Origin: Betaproteobacteria bacterium SCGC AG-212-J23
GTDB taxonomy: Bacteria; Pseudomonadota; Gammaproteobacteria; Burkholderiales; SG8-39
Direction of reading: 5' to 3'
NCBI GenBank assembly: GCA_001644455.1
Contig: LSTF01000047.1
Location: forward strand, 2,818-66,817
Length of the DNA stretch: 64,000 nucleotides
This document shows, piece after piece, positions 60,390-64,000 of this stretch. Positions within the stretch are counted from its first letter, which is position 1, and the number at the start of each line of letters is the position of its first letter. The translations under genes and the position numbers were made by a program. A model generated the notes under the pieces. The model saw only the letters and a list, made by a program, of their open reading frames with translations, made no database searches and was not told where the DNA came from.

Positions 60390-61175
60390 TTACTTCAAGC
60401 CGATGACCGACTTGATCGCGTGCGAGATGATATCCACATCGAAGGGTTTCGTGATGTACCCGTCGGCGCCGCGCGCCAGCCCCTGCAGCACCGCCTCGCG
60501 GGAGGCCTTGGCGGTCATCATGACCACCGGCACCGTCTTGAGCACCGGGTGCTGCTTGAGGCGCATCAGCACCTCGAAGCCGTCGATGTCGGGCAGCACC
60601 ACGTCGAGCAGCACCACGTCGGGCTTGGGGGCGATGCGCAGCGAGGCGACCACCTCGTTCTTGTTGGCGGCCATGCGCGGCACGAAGTCGTGCATCAGCA
60701 GGAACATGCGCAGCAGCTTGGCGAGCTGGGCGTCGTCCTCGATCACCATGACGTGGATCTTCTCGCCCTTGCCGAGCTTGCGCTCCTCGGTGGCCTTCTT
60801 CGCGATGCGCGCCACGTAGCCGTTACGCTTCAGGAGCTCCAGGGTGTTGTCGGCCGCTTCGGCGCTCGCCTCGCCGGCGGCGGGAAAGATCGGCCGGGTG
60901 AAGAAGCCGGTCGCCTCGATGCCGCCGTGCTCGTCGCCGCCGCCTTCCTTGTCGCGGTCCGCGATCAGGCCGGTACGCTTCATGCGGTTGATCGTCTCGA
61001 CCAGCTCGACCTGCGGCTGCGCGGAAAAGGCCTTGAGGATGCGGCCGAGGTTGGCGCCGCCGTCCATCAGCACCAGCAGCTTGAGCTCGAGCATGGGCAG
61101 CTCGGTGCGAGCCGACTTGAGCTCGCCCTTGCCCTTGTTCGTCAGTGAATAAGCCGCTTTTTCGTCGACTGCCAA
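60390..61175 (-). CDS. Response regulator with N-terminal winged-helix-like extension and C-terminal receiver
   Basis: IEDD, LLDVVLP..DG, MTA, GADGYITKP. Confidence 0.85.
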   Translation of the reverse strand: MAVDEKAAYSLTNKGKGELKSARTELPMLELKLLVLMDGGANLGRILKAFSAQPQVELVETINRMKRTGLIADRDKEGGGDEHGGIEATGFFTRPIFPAAGEASAEAADNTLELLKRNGYVARIAKKATEERKLGKGEKIHVMVIEDDAQLAKLLRMFLLMHDFVPRMAANKNEVVASLRIAPKPDVVLLDVVLPDIDGFEVLMRLKQHPVLKTVPVVMMTAKASREAVLQGLARGADGYITKPFDVDIISHAIKSVIGLK

Positions 61176-61245
61176 GAAGCCTCCCCATAGCTCCGGGCAT
61201 CACTATAGCCGTGTACGCTTGCATCCAGCTAACACTGGGGGCTTC

Positions 61246-62355
61246 ATGACTCGTACCGTCGCTCTGGCCGTACTGCTCTGCGGTGCCTGCAGCAACCTGT
61301 CCGGCGGTTCCTCGGGCGTGCCGCAGTTCCGGGTCGACCCTGCCTGGCCCAAGCCCCTCCCCGAGGAGGCCGGCGTGCAGCTCGTCGTCGGCCAGGTGGC
61401 GGGGATCGCCGTCGACGAGAGGAACGGCCACGTCTGGATCACCCACCGTCCTTCGACGCTGCTTCCCGATGAGGTCGACAAGGCCGGCAAGCCGGTCACC
61501 CACCGCTGCTGCAAGGCGCTGCCGGCGGTCGCCGAGTTCGACGCGCAGGGGAACTACGTGCGCGGCTGGGGCGGCCCGGGCGCGGGCTACGACTGGCCGA
61601 AGAGCGAGCACGGCATCATGATCGACCCCGAGGGCAACGTCTGGGTCGGCGGCAACGGCAACGAGGACAACCAGATCCTCAAGTTCACGCCCGACGGAAA
61701 GTTCCTGATGCAGATCGGCCGCGCCGGCAAGTCGGAGGGCAGCAACAGCCGCACGCAGCTTGGGCGCCCCGCGCACATGCTTCTGGATCCGCAAGCTTCC
61801 GAGCTCTATGTCGCCGACGGCTACGGCAATCGGCGCGTGGTCGTCTTCGACGCGAAGACCGGGGCCTACAAGCGCCACTGGGGCGCGTACGGCGGCGAGC
61901 CGAGCGACGCGCCGCTGCCGGCCTACGATCCGCAGGCGCCGCTATCGAAGCAGTTCGGCAACCCGGTGCACTGCGTGCGCATCGCCAACGACCGCAAGGT
62001 CTACGTCTGCGACCGCGCCAACTCGCGCATCCAGGTGTTCGACACCGCGGGCAAGTTCCTCGAGGAGTTCCGCGTCGAGCCGGAGACGCGCGCCAACGGC
62101 TCGACCTGGGACATGGTGCTCTCGCAGGACGCGGCGCAGAAGTTCATGTACGTCGCCGACGGCGCGAACGGCCGCATCTACATCCTGCAGCGCGCCGACG
62201 GCAAGCGGGTCGGCGAGTTCGGCCGCACCGGGCACATGGCGGGCGAGTTCAAGTGGGTGCACAACATGGCGATCGACCGCCAGGGCAACCTCTACGCCTC
62301 CGAAGTGGGCTTCGGCCGGCGCATCCAGAAGTTCAGCCTCGCAGCTCCCTTCTGA
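61246..62355 (+). CDS. NHL-repeat beta-propeller lipoprotein
   Basis: Lipobox-like GAC; YVADGYGN.R, VCDR.N.RIQVF repeats. Confidence 0.85.
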   Translation: MTRTVALAVLLCGACSNLSGGSSGVPQFRVDPAWPKPLPEEAGVQLVVGQVAGIAVDERNGHVWITHRPSTLLPDEVDKAGKPVTHRCCKALPAVAEFDAQGNYVRGWGGPGAGYDWPKSEHGIMIDPEGNVWVGGNGNEDNQILKFTPDGKFLMQIGRAGKSEGSNSRTQLGRPAHMLLDPQASELYVADGYGNRRVVVFDAKTGAYKRHWGAYGGEPSDAPLPAYDPQAPLSKQFGNPVHCVRIANDRKVYVCDRANSRIQVFDTAGKFLEEFRVEPETRANGSTWDMVLSQDAAQKFMYVADGANGRIYILQRADGKRVGEFGRTGHMAGEFKWVHNMAIDRQGNLYASEVGFGRRIQKFSLAAPF

Positions 62356-63361
62356 CGATCGCGGCGCCCTCGGCGAGCGACTTCAGCTTGCCGAAGGCCG
62401 CCTCGCGGCTCAGGTACTTCATGCCGCAGTCGGGCGCGAGGACGAGTTTTTCAGGAGCGACGAATTTCAAACCCGCCCTGACGCGTTCCGCGACCGTTTG
62501 CGGCGTCTCGATCGCCTCGGTGCCGAGATCGATCACGCCCAGCATCACGGTCTTGTTCTTCAGTTCCTTGAGGATGGAAACGTCGAGCCGCGGCTGCGCG
62601 GCCTCGATCGAGATCTGTCCCGCGGTCGTGTCGGCGAGCTGCGGCAGGAACGAGTAGCCCGACGGCTTGGTCGAGACCGCGGCGGCGTAGCCGAAGCAGA
62701 GGTGCACGACCGTCGCGCCGGGAATGCCCTGTAGCGCGCGGTTGATCGCCTTCACGCCGTAGCGCGCCGCGCGGTCGGGGCGTGCCTGCAGCCAGGGCTC
62801 GTCGAGCTGGATCACGTCGGCGCCGGCTTTGCGCAGGTCCTTCACTTCCTCGTTCACGGCAGCGGCGAACGCCATCGCCAGCGCTTCTTCGTCCTTGTAG
62901 TAGTCGTCCTGCGCCTGCTGCGCCATGGTGAAGGGACCCGGCAGCGTGATCTTGGTTTTCCGCGTCGTGTGTTTCTTCAAAAACAGCAGATCCTCGATCT
63001 CGACCGCGGATTTTCTCTTGATGGGGCCGGCGATCCTCGGCACCACCGAGAAGCCGCCGCTGCGGTTCACCGTCTTGCCGGGATTCTCGATGTCGACGCC
63101 CTCGAGCGCGGTGGCGAAGCGGTTGGAGTAGCTCTCGCGCCGCATCTCGCCGTCGCTGACGATGTCGATGCCGGCGCGCTCCATGTCGCGGATGGCGATC
63201 ACGGTCGCATCATCTTGCGCTTCTTCCAGAAAGGTCTTTTCAACGCGCCAAAGGTCGTACTCGCGCACGCGCGGCACCTTCGATCCGAGCTTGTCTCGGT
63301 GGATGAGCCAACCGGGTTGCGGGTAGCTGCCCACGACGGTGGTCGGCAGGAGGTCGTTCAA
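62333..63361 (-). CDS. Cobalamin-independent methionine synthase catalytic-domain-only family protein
   Basis: VGSYPQP, DGE.RR, QLDEP, HLC, PDCG; single barrel (342 aa). Confidence 0.85.
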   Translation of the reverse strand: MNDLLPTTVVGSYPQPGWLIHRDKLGSKVPRVREYDLWRVEKTFLEEAQDDATVIAIRDMERAGIDIVSDGEMRRESYSNRFATALEGVDIENPGKTVNRSGGFSVVPRIAGPIKRKSAVEIEDLLFLKKHTTRKTKITLPGPFTMAQQAQDDYYKDEEALAMAFAAAVNEEVKDLRKAGADVIQLDEPWLQARPDRAARYGVKAINRALQGIPGATVVHLCFGYAAAVSTKPSGYSFLPQLADTTAGQISIEAAQPRLDVSILKELKNKTVMLGVIDLGTEAIETPQTVAERVRAGLKFVAPEKLVLAPDCGMKYLSREAAFGKLKSLAEGAAIVRRELRG

Positions 63362-63365
63362 GTCG

Positions 63366-63379
63366 GGCCCTTTCTTTGC
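63366..63379 (+). promoter_or_regulatory. Putative sigma54 promoter
   Basis: GGCCCTTTCTTTGC 35 nt before ATG 63414. Confidence 0.55.
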
Positions 63380-63413
63380 AGTATTGCCTCCACCCTTAAC
63401 TCATGGAGGCTGT

Positions 63414-63632
63414 ATGAAGATCACGACAGTTGCAGTGGCAGTATTGTCTCTCGCTTTCCTGGCCGGATGCGGCAAGAACGACCGCCCGGCAACGACGGGC
63501 TCGAGCGCGACGCCCCAATCTTCACAGCCTTCCTCGGCGAACTCGGGCAAGACCGAGCGCAGCCCGGTGCAAGGACAGGTCGACCCGAAAGAGGGCGCGC
63601 AGAGCAAGGATTTCAAGACGGACGGCAAATAG
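63414..63632 (+). CDS. Small lipoprotein
   Basis: GGAGG SD; LAGC lipobox. Confidence 0.75.
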   Translation: MKITTVAVAVLSLAFLAGCGKNDRPATTGSSATPQSSQPSSANSGKTERSPVQGQVDPKEGAQSKDFKTDGK

Positions 63633-63645
63633 GCCCGTTCCTTGC
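63632..63645 (+). promoter_or_regulatory. Putative sigma54 promoter
   Basis: GGCCCGTTCCTTGC 35 nt before ATG 63680. Confidence 0.55.
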
Positions 63646-63679
63646 TGCCTTACCTGAGTACCCCAACCACGGAGGCCAC

Positions 63680-63994
63680 ATGAGATTTACGTCCATTGCA
63701 CTTGCCGTATCCGTTGCTCTTGGCGCCACGCTGCTGACCGCGTGCGACAAGACCGGCGATCGCGCGGCTTCGCGCGGCACCAGCACCGCTCCCTCGGGCG
63801 CGACCAGCTCCCCGTCGGGCTCGGCGTCTTCATCGGCCGGCTCGAGCACTTCTCCGTCGTCGCCCATGTCGAGCGACTCGAAGAAGGATTCGGCGAGCGG
63901 CGCGGCTTCCGGCTCCAGCGCGAGCCCGAGCACCCCGAGCAGCCCGAGCTCCAGTCCCAGCGCGACCGACCAGCCGAAAGACTCGTCGAAGTAG
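63680..63994 (+). CDS. Ser-rich disordered lipoprotein
   Basis: GGAGG SD; LTAC lipobox; S/A/P/G-rich. Confidence 0.78.
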   Translation: MRFTSIALAVSVALGATLLTACDKTGDRAASRGTSTAPSGATSSPSGSASSSAGSSTSPSSPMSSDSKKDSASGAASGSSASPSTPSSPSSSPSATDQPKDSSK

Positions 63995-64000
63995 TTACGT

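Overview
High-GC (about 70% in spot-counted lines), very compact chromosomal window of about 85 mostly housekeeping/metabolic CDSs. Gene content (eight orphan Bug/TctC solute receptors, DUF1631-like, frmA, korAB-type oxidoreductase) suggests a betaproteobacterium (inference). No rRNA, tRNA, CRISPR array, transposase or integrase was seen. The one clearly foreign segment is a lower-GC three-gene cassette at about 3.5-6.45 kb: stand-alone class III nucleotide cyclase, unknown protein, and RelA/SpoT-domain synthetase with an extra C-terminal domain. It is a candidate undescribed nucleotide-signalling/anti-phage system and is bordered by a decayed duplicate of the 3' end of a neighbouring M20 peptidase gene. 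Window-wide patterns read from the DNA: (i) seven sigma54-type GG-N10-GC boxes in front of small exported low-complexity proteins that share a [SA][SAT][SAT]G[GSA][TS] motif; (ii) a TANNNT box 5-8 nt before the start codon of at least 14 genes, suggesting pervasive leaderless mRNAs; (iii) three probable CTG starts in CTGA stop/start overlaps; (iv) a palindromic repeat lying in frame inside a peptidase; (v) three small ORFs missed by the ORF track; (vi) one frameshifted dehydrogenase in a 9-gene acid-catabolism operon. All product calls come from motif recognition by eye; no database searches were run.
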